A stretch of 64,000 nt of DNA from the NCBI RefSeq assembly GCF_009914755.1, contig NC_060931.1; one strand, 5' to 3'. This DNA is from the human T2T-CHM13v2.0 reference genome, Homo sapiens. A program made the translations under genes and the position numbers. A model generated the notes under the pieces. That model saw only the letters and a list, made by a program, of their open reading frames with translations. It was not told the origin of the DNA and did no database searches. Shown in pieces: positions 43,614 through 57,214 of this stretch (within the stretch, counting starts at the first letter, position 1; the number at the start of each line of letters is the position of its first letter).

Positions 43614-45552
43614 GTATCTTCTTCAGGAAACATATCTTTTCCTGAACCGGGCACTTGTTTAAGCAAAGCCTTTTCCTGTACAATGACCTATACCTATTAT
43701 ACTTGCTTTCCAGACATCTCTGGAATCTGCATCAAGGCAAATACCAAGGGCAATTTACAGAAATTATTTGTAGCAAAGAATAGTGAAATAATCCCCACAC
43801 ACATTGATACTGGGAATTACACCCTGAGGTCCACAGACTGAGTAGTCCGTGGGTCAATTACTCAACTGTATGCAAAACTGTCTGCTTATTGCATGGTTCT
43901 GGCCAGAATCCACAGCTTACAGATCCACAGTGCTCTATGAACTAAAAGAGCCACCATTCTAATATAAGGGGCAATCAAAAGAAGCAGGTCTGCCGATATT
44001 CAGCCCACTGAACTTGACTGTCCACCCTATTCTCTATTGCTCCTAAAGACAAATTTAAGCAAACAGAGCTTGCCAAGTTTAAATTTGTGGAACTCACCAC
44101 ACCAATGTGCTCCACAGAGGGGGAAAGGCCATGTGTCATCTCCTACAGTCTTCCCACTCATCTCTTCCTACCCACCTTGTTTGGTCTTATCCAAAATCCG
44201 TGCCAGAAACACTACCCACCAATCCAAAAGAAAGAATTTTCTCAGAAACAGGAGACTGGGTGAGTTGGACAAAGAGAAAGTATTTCTACTCCCAGGTAAC
44301 AGAGTAAAAAAAGAGGAATTCTTCAGTGGCCCTTCTAAGAGGTAAAGTTATGAGCCACATGAGACAAATAAATCAGCCTCCTGCCTCCATTAGTTTATCT
44401 TATCTTCTTCCAGATGTGTCCTAGCAAATTGATTCAAGAACTCAGACCCATTTTTTCTCTCTTGATCCTCCTTCCACTTAGCATAGGTCATTTTCTGTGT
44501 GAGTATTAGTTTGCTTCACAATTACCTTTTTAAGACATAGGCTCCAAAAACTGCCATTATTATTTGGGAGAAATTACTCCCAAATAGTTAAGAGAAAGGG
44601 GGAGAGGGAACCCATATATATGTTGATAGATATATATGAAATATGTAATGCTTAGCTTATGTCTGTGTTTCTTTACATTTGTCATTAGTAGAAACCATTA
44701 TCCCTACCTTTATAAAATCCTAGATAACTTAAGATGGTAGCCAAAAACTTCATAGAATCTAAAGCTGAAAGAAACTAATCATCCACTACTTAACTAAATT
44801 TGCACAACATTCCTCAACACTCCCAAGGGCTGACCGAATTTGTAGTCTCTGATAACATACTCTCTTCAGAATCCTCAGTAATACCGCATATTAAGTAATC
44901 TCTTCATTTACGGTCTCTCAACTGCCAACACTTCCCAAAGCATGAGTTACGTTCCATATTAAGTATCCATACTGCCATAACTGGCTCCTGTGAATTTCAG
45001 CTTGCAACTTTAAAGCCCAGCTGCGGACATTCGTTTATGTCTGGAAAGCATGATAAATATATCTTTGAAAATGATACTCATTGAAGTTGACATTTGCTCC
45101 AGAAGAGTTCACTCACAGCTTTGATGTTTCAGATAAACTTGCGAAAGATAGAGTTGTAAGCACACTTTCCAAGCAGGCACAGCAGGTGCTCACAAAAATC
45201 CTATCAACCACATGTAATATGAGTAATGAAAATGCTTGGTCTTTCCTCTCTAGGAATTTATTTTAGCCTTGAGAAGAGGGCAAGGCAAAAGAGTGACCTC
45301 TCATCCAATCCATAAGAGTAGTTTCAGATTCAAAGTTGGAATCAGGTGTAAAAATATAGGTTACTTTTACAGAAGAGGGAAGAAAAGCTATCAGTTGCTA
45401 AGGATAAAGGGAAAAAACAAGACCCTACAAATACCATGAAAAATAACACCTGGTAGGTGAGAAGAAATTTTAAACTTAAAATTTGAAGTAGGTCCTTTCA
45501 TTGCTATTAAGGACCTCAACAATATAGAGAAACACAATCTATTAATAAATTC

Positions 45553-45850
45553 AGCCAGGTGTGGAGGCTCACACCTGTAATCCCAGCACTTTGGGAGGCT
45601 GAGGTGGGTAGATCACTTGAGGTCAGGAGTTTGAGACCAGCCTGGCCAACATGGTGAAACCCCCCTCTACTAAACATACAAAAAAGTTAGCAGGGCATGG
45701 TGGCACAGGCCTATAATCCTGGCTACTCAGGAGGCTGAAGCAGGAGAATCACTTGAACCTGGGAGGCAGAGGTTGCAGCAAGCTGAGATCATGCCACTGC
45801 CCTCCAGCCTGGGTGACAGAGCAAGACTCGTCTCAAATAAATAAATAAAT
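45553..45850 (+). mobile_element. AluS
   Basis: Dimer with (AAAT)n tail. Confidence 0.9.
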
Positions 45851-45920
45851 ATTCAGCATAGTTACCAAAAGCCTTATGTTGTTCACTAAATGTTATTCTT
45901 TATACATTAAGATAAATGAT

Positions 45921-46038
45921 GACTGAGCCTGGTGGAGCGGCACATGCCCGTAGTCCCAGAGGCTGGGGCAGGAGGATAGCTTGAGCCCAGGAGTTGAGAC
46001 CAGCTTGGGCAACACAGGGAGACTCCAACTCAAAAAAA
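45921..46038 (+). mobile_element. FLAM (Alu monomer)
   Basis: Single diverged monomer. Confidence 0.7.
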
Positions 46039-46117
46039 CCTCATAATTGCCAACATATTTATATTAAGGGAATGAACCCAAGTCATTATATGAAAAAAAT
46101 AAAGGAAGATGAAATTA

Positions 46118-46246
46118 TAGATGCTCCTTGGTTTACAACGGATTTTGCTGAAGGTAATGCCAGAAGCTGAGTTTACTGAACGCTTGTCACTTCCACACCA
46201 CTGTCAAAAAATCCTAAGTCGAACCATCCTAACAGGAGACCGTCTG
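46118..46246 (+). mobile_element. Internally deleted Tigger5/MER47-type DNA transposon
   Basis: Reads agatgctccttggtttac ... aagtcgaaccatcctaac...gaccgtctg, followed by TA. Confidence 0.65.
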
Positions 46247-47039
46247 TACTATCTTTAACAGTGTAACAGAACACAGAATTAGCTTTCCAGCAGTGACTGC
46301 CTCTGTTGAATTAGTAAGCTTGGTAAACTTTCATTTCTTACAACCAATGACATAAATGCTAGACAACTGGTCAAAGTTGGAACGTTTTCTTCAGCCAAGC
46401 TGAACTAACCTAACTGCAGTTCAAAACTGAAGTTTGGTGCCTCATCGGCACCATGTTCTAACAAACTAAGCTAAAAACAATGGCTTATGGACATACTGAG
46501 AATGCGGTTTCTTATCCTTCCCCATGTCTCAGAAGGGAACAAAGTGACTATTTAAAGCCAAGAAAAATATAAAGAAATAAAAACCATCTACAACAGACCT
46601 AGACAAAAAAACACCCTCAATTAGGGCAGAATGTAAGACTCCCATTTCCCAGTCCATACCCTTTTAGGTACACCTGTTGGGGCACAACATGCTCTTATTT
46701 TTATTAAAATTTGAAGTTCACTTAAGTTCACATATCCATTCTTTTGAACAGCTCTAATAACAGCTATTATTCACAAGTGCAAACACTGTCAAAGTACAAG
46801 ACACTGTGCTAGATATACATTATGTCAAATTCTCAAAGTAGGCTTTGTCCAGAAATACTAAATACGGAAACACAATGAAAAGTGACTTGTCCAGAGCGAC
46901 ACCGCTAGTGAGAGGCAGAGATAGAATCCAACCCAGGTCTGCTTGGTTCCAAGGCACATGCTCTTTCCACTACACAGCACAGCACTTTCAAAGAATCTTA
47001 AAACTTTGCATGTGAAAGGAACCCTATCATAATAATGGC

Positions 47040-47370
47040 TGCCTTTTTAATGAAAATCTACAATGTGCCAGGTGCTTTACATACCTTACCTCATCTTCTT
47101 ACAATAACCAATCAAGGGAAGTGATGGTATTACCGTTTATGGATAAGGAAATAAAAGAAGTCAATTGTCAAAGGCCACAGGCTAATAAATAACTAACCTG
47201 CGATTTAAACTGATGTCTGCTTAATTCAAGCCAAGAAAAATACTAAGATCAACTGAAAAACATCTACAAAAGACCCAGACAAAAATCACACAGGCAATCA
47301 GGTTAAGTAATAAATATCTAACCTGAGATTTAAACTGAGGTCTGTTTAATTTCAAGTTGATACTCTTTTG
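47040..47370 (-). mobile_element. MIR carrying an internal duplication/insertion
   Basis: Contains aatgtgccaggtgctttacat...ggataaggaaa...aaggccacaggctaataaat; see findings. Confidence 0.6.
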
Positions 47371-49269
47371 ATCATGAGCTCAAAGAAATCAGAATGACCT
47401 CTGTGTACTCAATACTTCAATGGATGTCACTTCTAGAGGAAACTGCAATGGGCTAAGTATGGCTACAAGAAACTTACAGTGCCACCAGACTCACAGGATT
47501 TCAGGACTGGAAAATATTAGAGATCTGAGGGATGTACTCAGTTGCATTATTTTGCAGATGGGAAAACTGAAGCTCAGAGAGATTGCAAAACATTCATGTA
47601 AAAGGAGGATTTGAAGCAATGGAGACCAGCGCAAGGGCATTCCAGGTGAAGGGTATATTCTGAAGAAAAGCATAGAGGTAAAAATGATCATGCTTGAACT
47701 GTTAGCAATACAGGTAAAATGTACTATATAAGAAAGGAAAAAAATGAGGAATGCTGTCAAGTTATATGACCAAAGGACATTTCTTTTTAAAAAACAAAAA
47801 TCTTAAAAAGGTTTTTTAGACAATTTTTCCATTTTAATAGAATACCTATCCCTGCTGTCACAGTTATTCCATCCAACCTTATCTAATACTTGATATGAAT
47901 CTCTGTGCTGTGGCCACATTCTCTTTCGATTTTGTTTGCTGTTAGCACTGTGTCTGTACTAAAGCACGAGAATATGGATTTATACATTTTTTTCTAACCA
48001 ATGTCTTCTCACTCAAAACTTATTTTGCTTTGTCTTTTAATTATTTTTCACTCTGAGTTGCGTACTGAAAGCCTAATGGCAAGAGTCTTAAAATCTCTGC
48101 ATAAAACTTAAAGTTTACAGTAATTTTTTACTCCAAAGAGTACTAACTGAAACACAATAACTCAAAGAATACAGCCTCAGATATTTTATTACAAAATGTA
48201 GTACTACCATTAATTAGCATGATATAAAGAAATACTGGTCACATACCAAAAACTGAGTTCGACAGTCTGAGTTTCTATGAAGAAAAGTTTAATAAATTAT
48301 TCTCAAGGTAACAGTTTCAGAAGAAAAAGTTTTTAAACATTTTAAATATTTAAGAAGTTTTATTTCCTGGTAACAACTGTTAAAAATAATTTACAAATGT
48401 AATTTATTTACGCTGGTTGATAACAGAAAAAAATATATAAATTATTATAAAACTTTCTGAAGTCAAAATTGCTTTATTTACTAGGTTCAGGCATCATACG
48501 TCCAAAAATGTGAGGCTCCAAATTCAGGCGCAGCGGAGAGTGTGTTAATGAAGTTAGTGCTGGTATACTGACACCCTAGAGAAAAACCAGGTTTTCAGTT
48601 TATGTATCAGGTGCATGCAAAGGGCATTAAAAAAAAAGTGCTCTACAACGTTGGTCAGAAATGACTACATTACTTCTACTGGTATGAAAAACTGCAAACC
48701 CATCTCAGCCCCTATCAGACTGGCAGACACTAGTCCTGAAGCAACTGGGCCTAATCCAAAACTTCGGCGCAGCAGGTCACAGAGGAGGCGCCTGGGAAAG
48801 AGGAGATATCAAGTGAAAGTGAAGCAGGGAGAAGCCAGAAGCCGCCCCAGGCAGGTCAGAAAAGACTGTGGGGCTGGGAGGGAGGATGACAGGGTGTGGG
48901 GAGTGGGTGGGAGGAGGGGGTGTTATCAGAGGGAGAGCACTAAATGACACAAAGCAAAGGCAATCCTTAAAATGCCAATTCACCCTGGGAGACAGGGTGT
49001 GCACAGTGGAAAAGCAGGGTTTGGGTCCTGAACCCAGGAAAACCATTTCACAGACAAGTACACCGAGGTATGGGTTTCAAATACGGTCCTGCAACAAGGG
49101 AGCAGTACAGTTACGAGTAGACTGTGAGCCCTTGCAGGGTATAATTCAACCTGGCATTCCCCGCCCGCCCCAGCAGTGCCTAGCACTTGGCACAACCAGG
49201 AACTATCTCTGAATGAATGTCCCACGTCTTGAAACTCTAGGCTTCTTCCCAGACACCTGGGCTTCTGGC

Positions 49270-49910
49270 CTTAATACGCTAGGGTCCAGGACGGGAGAAA
49301 CCCAGGCTGAGCGGGTCCGGAGAAGATGGGGCCTTGGGGTCCGAGTCCAAGCACTGGCCCTCCGCCCGTCCACGGGCACTCACCCGGATGCCCTTCACCA
49401 CGGTGATGTTCTCATTCTCGTCCGCCTCGAAGGTGACCCGGCGGGTGCTGGTGGTCCCACCCATGATTCCGGTTCCTGCCCCAGCGGAGACCTAGCGGGG
49501 AACCACGAGCACTTCGGGGCCCCCGCACCCACACGCGCGTGGAAGGGCCTGGATTCTTTTCCCGCACAGCGGGAGCAAGGCCACGACCCCCAGAAGCAAG
49601 GAGAAGGCGCCGGTCCTGAGCTCCCGCCTCCTCCGGTCACGCGCCACAACAAAAACGCCTCAGGTTGGTCGGCGATGCGAACTGCCCGCCTCTGTTCGGC
49701 GAGGGCGCCCGGATTGGTTCACCCGACCCGGATGCTATGGCAACAGGTGGTGTTTGATAGCTTTCCGCGGAGTCCCTGGGTGTAGTGGGAACTGTGGTCT
49801 CGATCTGGCGCGGTGGGTGATGGGACATTCTCTCCCCGCGCCTGAGCGCGCTAAGGGAGCACGGCATTCTGGGAGTTGTGGTTTTGACTCCCCAGAGACG
49901 CCTAACTGGG
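49270..49910 (-). promoter_or_regulatory. CHCHD3: CpG-island promoter and 5'UTR of CHCHD3
   Basis: Dense CpG; CCAAT (ATTGG 49713-49717); RFX X-box-like GATGCTATGGCAAC (49731-49744); ZNF143/SBS-type GGCATTCTGGGAGTTGTGGT (49863-49882). Confidence 0.88.
49384..49464 (-). CDS. CHCHD3: CHCHD3/MIC19 coding exon 1 (MGGTTSTRRVTFEADENENITVVKGIR)
   Basis: ATG in ggaatcATGG context; N-myristoylation motif MGxxxS; strong donor CGG|GTGAGT (GTGAGT at 49383-49378). Confidence 0.97.
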
Positions 49911-50075
49911 CAACTTTTTGAAGACATAATTCTAGAAATTTAGGCCACTAAGTTCAGAGACACAATCTTTCTCTCAAAGGGACTCACAGTTTAATGAAAA
50001 AGATGCATGATCCTAATGAAGCCATTCCTAGTGTTCTATACACAAATTCCTGGCTCAAAACTTAGCGTTTCATTA

Positions 50076-51233
50076 CAGTCGTAGGGTAGCTTAATGAAGA
50101 CTACTTCTGAGAAATGCCTCGTTAGGTGACCCTGTGATATCTGTGGTTGTGCAAACATCATAGAGTGTACTTACACAAACCCAGATGGTGTAGCCTACTA
50201 CACACCTGGGCTACTTGGTGTAACCTATTGCTCCCAGGCTGCAAAGATGTACAGCATGTCACTGTACTAAATACTGTAGGCAATTGTAACACAGTGGTAT
50301 TTGTGTGTACAAATATATGTAAACATAGAAAATCTACAGCAAAAACAGTGTAAAAGTGATTGCTTTGGCAACACATCTAGGACAATTTGAACAATACAGA
50401 GATTAGCACAGCCCCTGAGCAAGGTTGACACATGAATTTCTGAAGCATTCCATTAAAAAAAAAATCAAAGATAAAAAATGGTATGCTTCTATAGGGCACT
50501 TACCATGAATGGAGCTTACAGGACTGGAAGTTGCCCTGAGTGAGTCAGTGAGTGAGTGGGGAGTTGAATGTGAAGGCCTGGGACGCAACTATGCAGTACT
50601 GTACCTTTTATCAACACTGTGCACTTAGGCAACACTAAATTTATTTTCATATATTTTCATTCTTCAAGAATAAATTGACCTTAGCTTACTGTAACTTTTT
50701 AAACTTATAAACTTCTTTTTTTGTGACTTTTTGACTCTTTAATAACACTTAGCTTAAAACACAAACACACTATATAGCTGTACAAAAATATTTCTTTCTT
50801 TATATACTTAGTCTATAAGCTTTTTCTATTTTTGAAATTATTTACTTTTTACTTTTTAAACATTTTTGTTAAAAATTAAGACAAACACACACACATTAGC
50901 CTAGACCTACACGGGGTCAGGATCATCAATATCACTGTCTTCCACCTTCACATCTTGTCCCACTGAAAGGTCTTCAGAGGCAATAACACGTATGGAGCTA
51001 TCTCCTATGATAACAGCACCTTCTGTAACACCTCCTGAAGGACCTGCCTGAGGCTGTTTTACAGTTAACTTTTTTATATAGGTAGAAAGAATGCACTTTA
51101 ACCTAAAGATAAAAAGCATAGTATAGTAAATACTAGGAGACAGGAATTTTCCAGCTCCATTATAATCTTATGATTCCACTGCCAGAAATGAGGTTCTTCT
51201 TTGACTGAAACACTGTTATGCAGTACATGAATG
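50076..51233 (+). mobile_element. Tigger3 (Tigger3b/Golem-derived) TcMar-Tigger DNA transposon
   Basis: Reads TA|CAGTC...ttctgagaaatgc...aacatcatagagtgtacttacacaaacc...ttgactgaaacactgttatgcagtacatgaatg; about 1.15 kb. Confidence 0.85.
50356..50454 (+). pseudogene. U6 snRNA retropseudogene with poly(A), inserted in the Tigger3
   Basis: gtgattgctttggcaacacat...atacagagattagcacagcccctgagcaaggttgacac...tgaagcattccatt aligns along the whole of U6 (GTGCTCGCTTCGGCAGCACAT...GAAGCGTTCCATA), followed by A10. Confidence 0.9.
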
Positions 51234-51903
51234 GTGGCATTTTAGTAGTAGCCATAAAATAAAAAAATAAAAAACGTAAACGTGTGTTTGGTCCATGTCT
51301 CTTGTCTCATGAACTAGTATCTGTATTTTTTTCTTTTTGTAAAGTAAAATTTTAAGTACTATGGTTTTCAAACCTGTCTATGAGAAAATACATTTCTTCA
51401 TAGAATAAATTATTTGCACCAAGTATGTAGAGAATTTACTTTCCACTTTTGTGTCTCCTTCTACTACTAGTTCAGTTACATAAGTTAGGCCATAATAGGG
51501 TTAGGCAGAGAAAAGTTAAGTGATTGCCAAAGATGGCATAAATTAGTGGAGGAATTAAAACTACATCAGAAAAGTTGAGATGATCTATTGTGGAAAGTTC
51601 CTATTAATAGTTCAACATTTCACCTCTACGAGACCAGTACATAGTTATTAGGTTATTCATCTACATATTTCTTTTTTGCTAAACACACTGTTACACATAA
51701 GTTTAGCCATATGACCTTAGTTTTACAGAGGCAGATGATTCTCAATAGAAATTAGGTTAATGATGGTACTATTCTTCAATTAATCCCTCTCAACATTAAA
51801 AGCAGCAGGCCACAACACACCATGGCATTCTCTTATGCCAAAGGCATCTACAATGCAGTCGCATTTTTGAGCTTCAATTATGTGCTGATCTATTACTGTA
51901 TGA

Positions 51904-52231
<328 letters not shown>

Positions 52232-52397
52232 TTACTGTATGAATCTTTAGAGCAGAAACTATGTCTTTTTAATCTCTATATCCCTGGTCAGTAGCAGAGT
52301 GTTGATTACATCTCATCATTATATTCTTTTAAAATTGTACTATGTTACTTTGCAGTTATGAGACTACGTGCTACTTTGTACTTGTTCTCAAGTTTCC

Positions 52398-52684
52398 TTC
52401 TTTTTTTTTTTTTTTTTTTTTGAGAGAGAGAGGGTCTTGCTTTGTTGCCTAGGCTAGAATGCAGTGGCCCAATCACGACTCACTGCAGCCCCAACCTCCC
52501 AGGTTCAAGCAATCCCTCCCAGTTCAGCCTCCCCAGTAGCTGTGACTACAGGTGTGTGCCACCACACCTAGCTGTGGTCTCACTATGCTGCCCAGGCTGG
52601 TCTCAAACTCCTGAGCTCAAGCAACCTTTCTGCCTTAGCCTCCCAAAGTGCTGGGATTACAGGCATGAGCCACCATGCCCAGCC
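52398..52684 (-). mobile_element. AluJ (linker deleted)
   Basis: Reverse Alu lacking the central A-rich linker. Confidence 0.85.
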
Positions 52685-53539
52685 TAACTCTTTCTTCTAC
52701 TGGGAACTAAAGCTCCAAGGAATTATGACTTTCATTTTTTGGGGACCCTCCCCTCCACAAACACACTCTCACTTATTACCCCAATATATAGGGCATATCG
52801 GAGGTTCTATATAACACACATGCTCAACAAGCACTTACGAAAATAACCAAGTACAAAGAAAGCGTTCCTTGGAGAGAATAGAGAGATGAAGAAACCACTA
52901 GTTGTCTTAAATATATATATATATATCTCCAGTTAGAATATTAAGTAGAGTTCTTTCAACCAAATATATTAAAGATGATGAATGCCAAGCATGAGAAGGT
53001 AGTGGAGTGCCTTCATGTTTTATGATTCAAACACATATAAGTGGTCTAATCAAACAGACAATCCAAAAATGTTTTAGACATCCTAATGCATTTTAACCAA
53101 CATTAAAAAGATGCCTTCTGAGTTTAAAAAAAATTCAATGTATTCTTTAAAACAAAATGCCTTCTCTAACAATACTGTTCTATCCATGTCAATTTCCAGG
53201 CCAGTCATGCCTATACAATCCCTTCTTGAGCTACCCAGAACTTGTGGCCTCCCTTTCTTTCTGGCTACAGCTTATTAATAGTCATCTAATCCAAAGGCAG
53301 CATTTACTAGCCAGACACCTATGAGCTAGAATGCAAAGCTTTGCCCTAAGAAAAATAATAGCTAATACTTCAGCTACTCAGATTCTCCATGTTTTTCTCC
53401 GTTTTCTGTATCTCTGTATTCACTTTCTCAAATTTAAACTTGAAAATTCAGAGCATACAAAAAGATAGCAAGAAGAGAAGTTATAACACTGAGTCTGTAC
53501 CATGAAGAATCATGGCAAACTAAAGATAGGTGGAATAAG

Positions 53540-54540
53540 AAACTGCAAGAAAAATAAAAGGCATCCAGACTGGAAAGGAAGAAGTAAAACTACCTCTATT
53601 CGAAGATAACATGATCTTACAAATAGAAAAATCTTACAGAATCCACTGCAAAACTAATTAGAACTAATAAAAAAACTCAGCAAGTTTGCAGGATACAAGA
53701 TCAACATATAAAAATCAATTGTAGCCGGGCGCTGTGGCTCACACCTGTAATCTCAGCACTTTGGGAGGCCAAGTCGGGCAGATCACCTGAGGTCAGGAGT
53801 TTGAGACCAGCCTGGCCAACATAGTGAAACCCCGCCTCTACTAAAAATACAAGAATTAGCCAGGCGTGGTGGTGGGCACCTGTAATCCCAGCTACTCAGA
53901 AGGCTGAGGCAGGAAAATCGCTTGAACATGGCGGGCGGAGGTTGCAGTGAGCGGAGATCGCGTCACTGCACTCCAGCCCCGGAGGGAGAGTGAGACTCCA
54001 TCACACACACACACACAAAAACTGTATTTCTATACACTGGCAATTAACAAGCCAAAAATGAAATGAGGAGAGCAATTCCACTTATAATAGTATGAAAAAC
54101 AATTCAAATGTTCATTAATTGATGAATGGAAAAACAAAATGTAATATATCCAGAAAATGGAATATTAATGGGGAATAAAAAGGAAGAAAGTACTGATATA
54201 TACTACAATATGGATGAACCTCAAAGACATTATGCCAAGTGAAAGAAGCCAGACACAAAAGGCGGTTGAAATGTTCAGAATAGGCAAGTCCATGGAAAAC
54301 AAAAGAAGATTAGGCTTGGAGAGGGTAGGAGGAGGTGAGATGTAGAGTAACTTCTAATTGTTACATAGTTTCTTAACTTCTAATTGGTACATAGTTTCTT
54401 TTGGAGGAGTGATAAAAATGCCTAAAATTAGATTGTGATGGTTGCACAATGCTATAAGTATGCTGAAATTTATTGAAATGTACACTTCAAATGGATGAAC
54501 TTTATGACATGTAAATTACATATTAATAACACCGTTAAAA
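53540..54540 (+). mobile_element. L1M relic: ORF2 RT fragment joined to 3'UTR, interrupted by an AluS (53723-54020)
   Basis: Translates IKGIQTGKEEVKLPLFEDNMIL (a degenerate L1 RT LFADDMI motif), then gcaggatacaagatcaac, and later gaatgga...acattatgccaagtgaaagaagccagacacaaaagg. Confidence 0.85.
53723..54020 (+). mobile_element. AluS with (CA)n tail
   Basis: Full dimer inside the L1 relic. Confidence 0.9.
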
Positions 54541-54545
54541 GTATT

Positions 54546-54705
54546 AGCTAGGCATAGTGGTATGCACATATAGTCCTATTTATTCTGGAAGCTGACGTGG
54601 GAAGATCACTTGAACCCAGGACTTGGAGGCCACCGTGAGCTATAAATGCGCCCCTGCTCTCCAGCCTGGGCAACAGAGCAAGACCCTGTCTCTAAATAAA
54701 TAAGT
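54546..54705 (+). mobile_element. Alu monomer (FRAM or AluJ right arm)
   Basis: Right-arm-type sequence with (TAAA)n tail. Confidence 0.75.
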
Positions 54706-54938
54706 AAAGCTGTTAAAGAATGTATAGTTATTAAGATAGCTTGAGAAAGACTTTTTAAAAAAGAATGTATAGTTAGTTAAACATGATAGAAATTATCATT
54801 TTTTAAAGTCCAAATATTTTTTTTGGAAAAAAAAGGAAAAAGAAAAAAAGAAGAAAAAAAAACTGTGAGCAGCTTTGTAATAGTGAAATACAAGCCAGTT
54901 AAAAGGGAGACTAGCATAAAGCAAGCCCTTAAAAATTA

Positions 54939-55304
<366 letters not shown>

Positions 55305-55802
55305 CTAGGGATGCCTAGGATTCAGAAAGGCCTTCCAACTGAAGTCTTTATAATGGCCGGCTCTGCCCAGGCTGCTGGGCTTCTGGAGGCCCAGTCGTGC
55401 AATGCTTCCTAGGTTCTGGGGCACATACAGCGTTACCAGAGGATCTTCCTCATTATATGAGACTTCCCAAATATCAATAACAATAATGCAACATATTTCT
55501 TCAGTCTCCACCCAGGAAACAAGCACTCTAGGTATTGAATGTCAGCAGTTTACTTTGATACAGAGCTGAGAACTGAGCAGTAATTTGGTTTTTCACAAAT
55601 CTTAGCTTGACCACTAAGCAATATTACCTTCCAACTCCTTTGTTCTTTTTCCCTTTTCCACCACGTCAAATCTTTGCAATGAATGCTGGAAAAAAGAGAA
55701 AGAAGGAAAAGAGGGAGAGAGGGAGAAAGTAAAAATTCAGTCATCCCTAATGATCTCCTTCCCCTAAAAAGAAAAATATATATATACCTAAACTTCCAAA
55801 TC

Positions 55803-56222
<420 letters not shown>

Positions 56223-56829
56223 CTAATCCTGGCGACCTCACTTCTGCTACTCCTTCACACACCACTTGACTGTCCCTGCTCTACTTGGTGGGAATGTAGA
56301 AAGATATGGATGAGAAGCAAAGGTAAAAATAGAAAGAACGTGACATGGGATAATGAGGGAGAGGGAGGAGAGAGACCCACTCTTGGTCCCCAGCTAGAAA
56401 AGCTAATCATTGTGCTGTTCATCACAGCCCCCTCCCTCCCCAGCAATTCTGAGTAGCATGCTAGCTGCACAGTAGAGCACTTGGATTCTATGACCTGTGC
56501 TGAAATAGAATATAGATCTAATGATGGTGTTTTCTGAGCTAAAAATTGAAGCAATTGCTCTATTATTTGTGAACTTAAAGAGACAATGAAATCAGTCCTT
56601 GAAATCAGGATTATCCTGCAAAATCTAGGACATATAGTTGCCATAGTTATAGCAAACCAATTAAAATCACCGAAAAGTGCCTCATGTGTAGTGCAATCAA
56701 TACAGAGACAATCTGAAAATATGGACTAAGACATATTTGACAAGCCATAATAGCGCATCAGCTTTAAAACTTTTTCCACCAATTATTGTTTGTAGAATCA
56801 TATAAAAAAATGAAGTCCTAAAACAGTAT

Positions 56830-56830
56830 T

Positions 56831-56862
<32 letters not shown>
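56830..56862. repeat. (TG)n(AG)n microsatellite
   Basis: Direct reading. Confidence 0.9.
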
Positions 56863-56863
<1 letters not shown>

Positions 56864-57214
56864 CATGCATGCGGATGCATGCACATGTGCTTATGTGACA
56901 TATCTTGAAACAAGAATTTTGAGCAGCACACTTGAAAAGATTAAAAACTCAAAATGGCATAAAACAAGTCATCAATAATTAGAAGGCATTTACAAGTACA
57001 GTATAACTATGCGACTTTGAAAATACCCACAGCTATGGCATTAATCACATAGTCTCCCTTTAGTAGCCATAATGATCAAGTGATTTAGTGCATTGATCAG
57101 GTAGAACTGATTCACTGTACTGCCCGTGTGTCTAGTGAAATCATAAGGCAGAGATCCCCCCATGTTTCAGAAACCACTCCATCTATCTTTGGCTTTCAAC
57201 TAATAGTACCTTTG

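Noticed and set aside
49279-49383. Extension of the CHCHD3 exon 1 ORF (VSARGRAEG...)
   Set aside because: Intron 1 read-through past the GTGAGT donor.
49464-49471. CGGAATCA shared by the CHCHD3 start region and the EEF1G leader
   Set aside because: 8-bp coincidence; relevant only as a possible source of RT template-switch artefacts.
49213-49785. 190-aa plus-strand ORF antisense to CHCHD3 exon 1
   Set aside because: Typical stop-poor CpG-island ORF with low-complexity composition; its ATG is not downstream of an evident plus-strand promoter.
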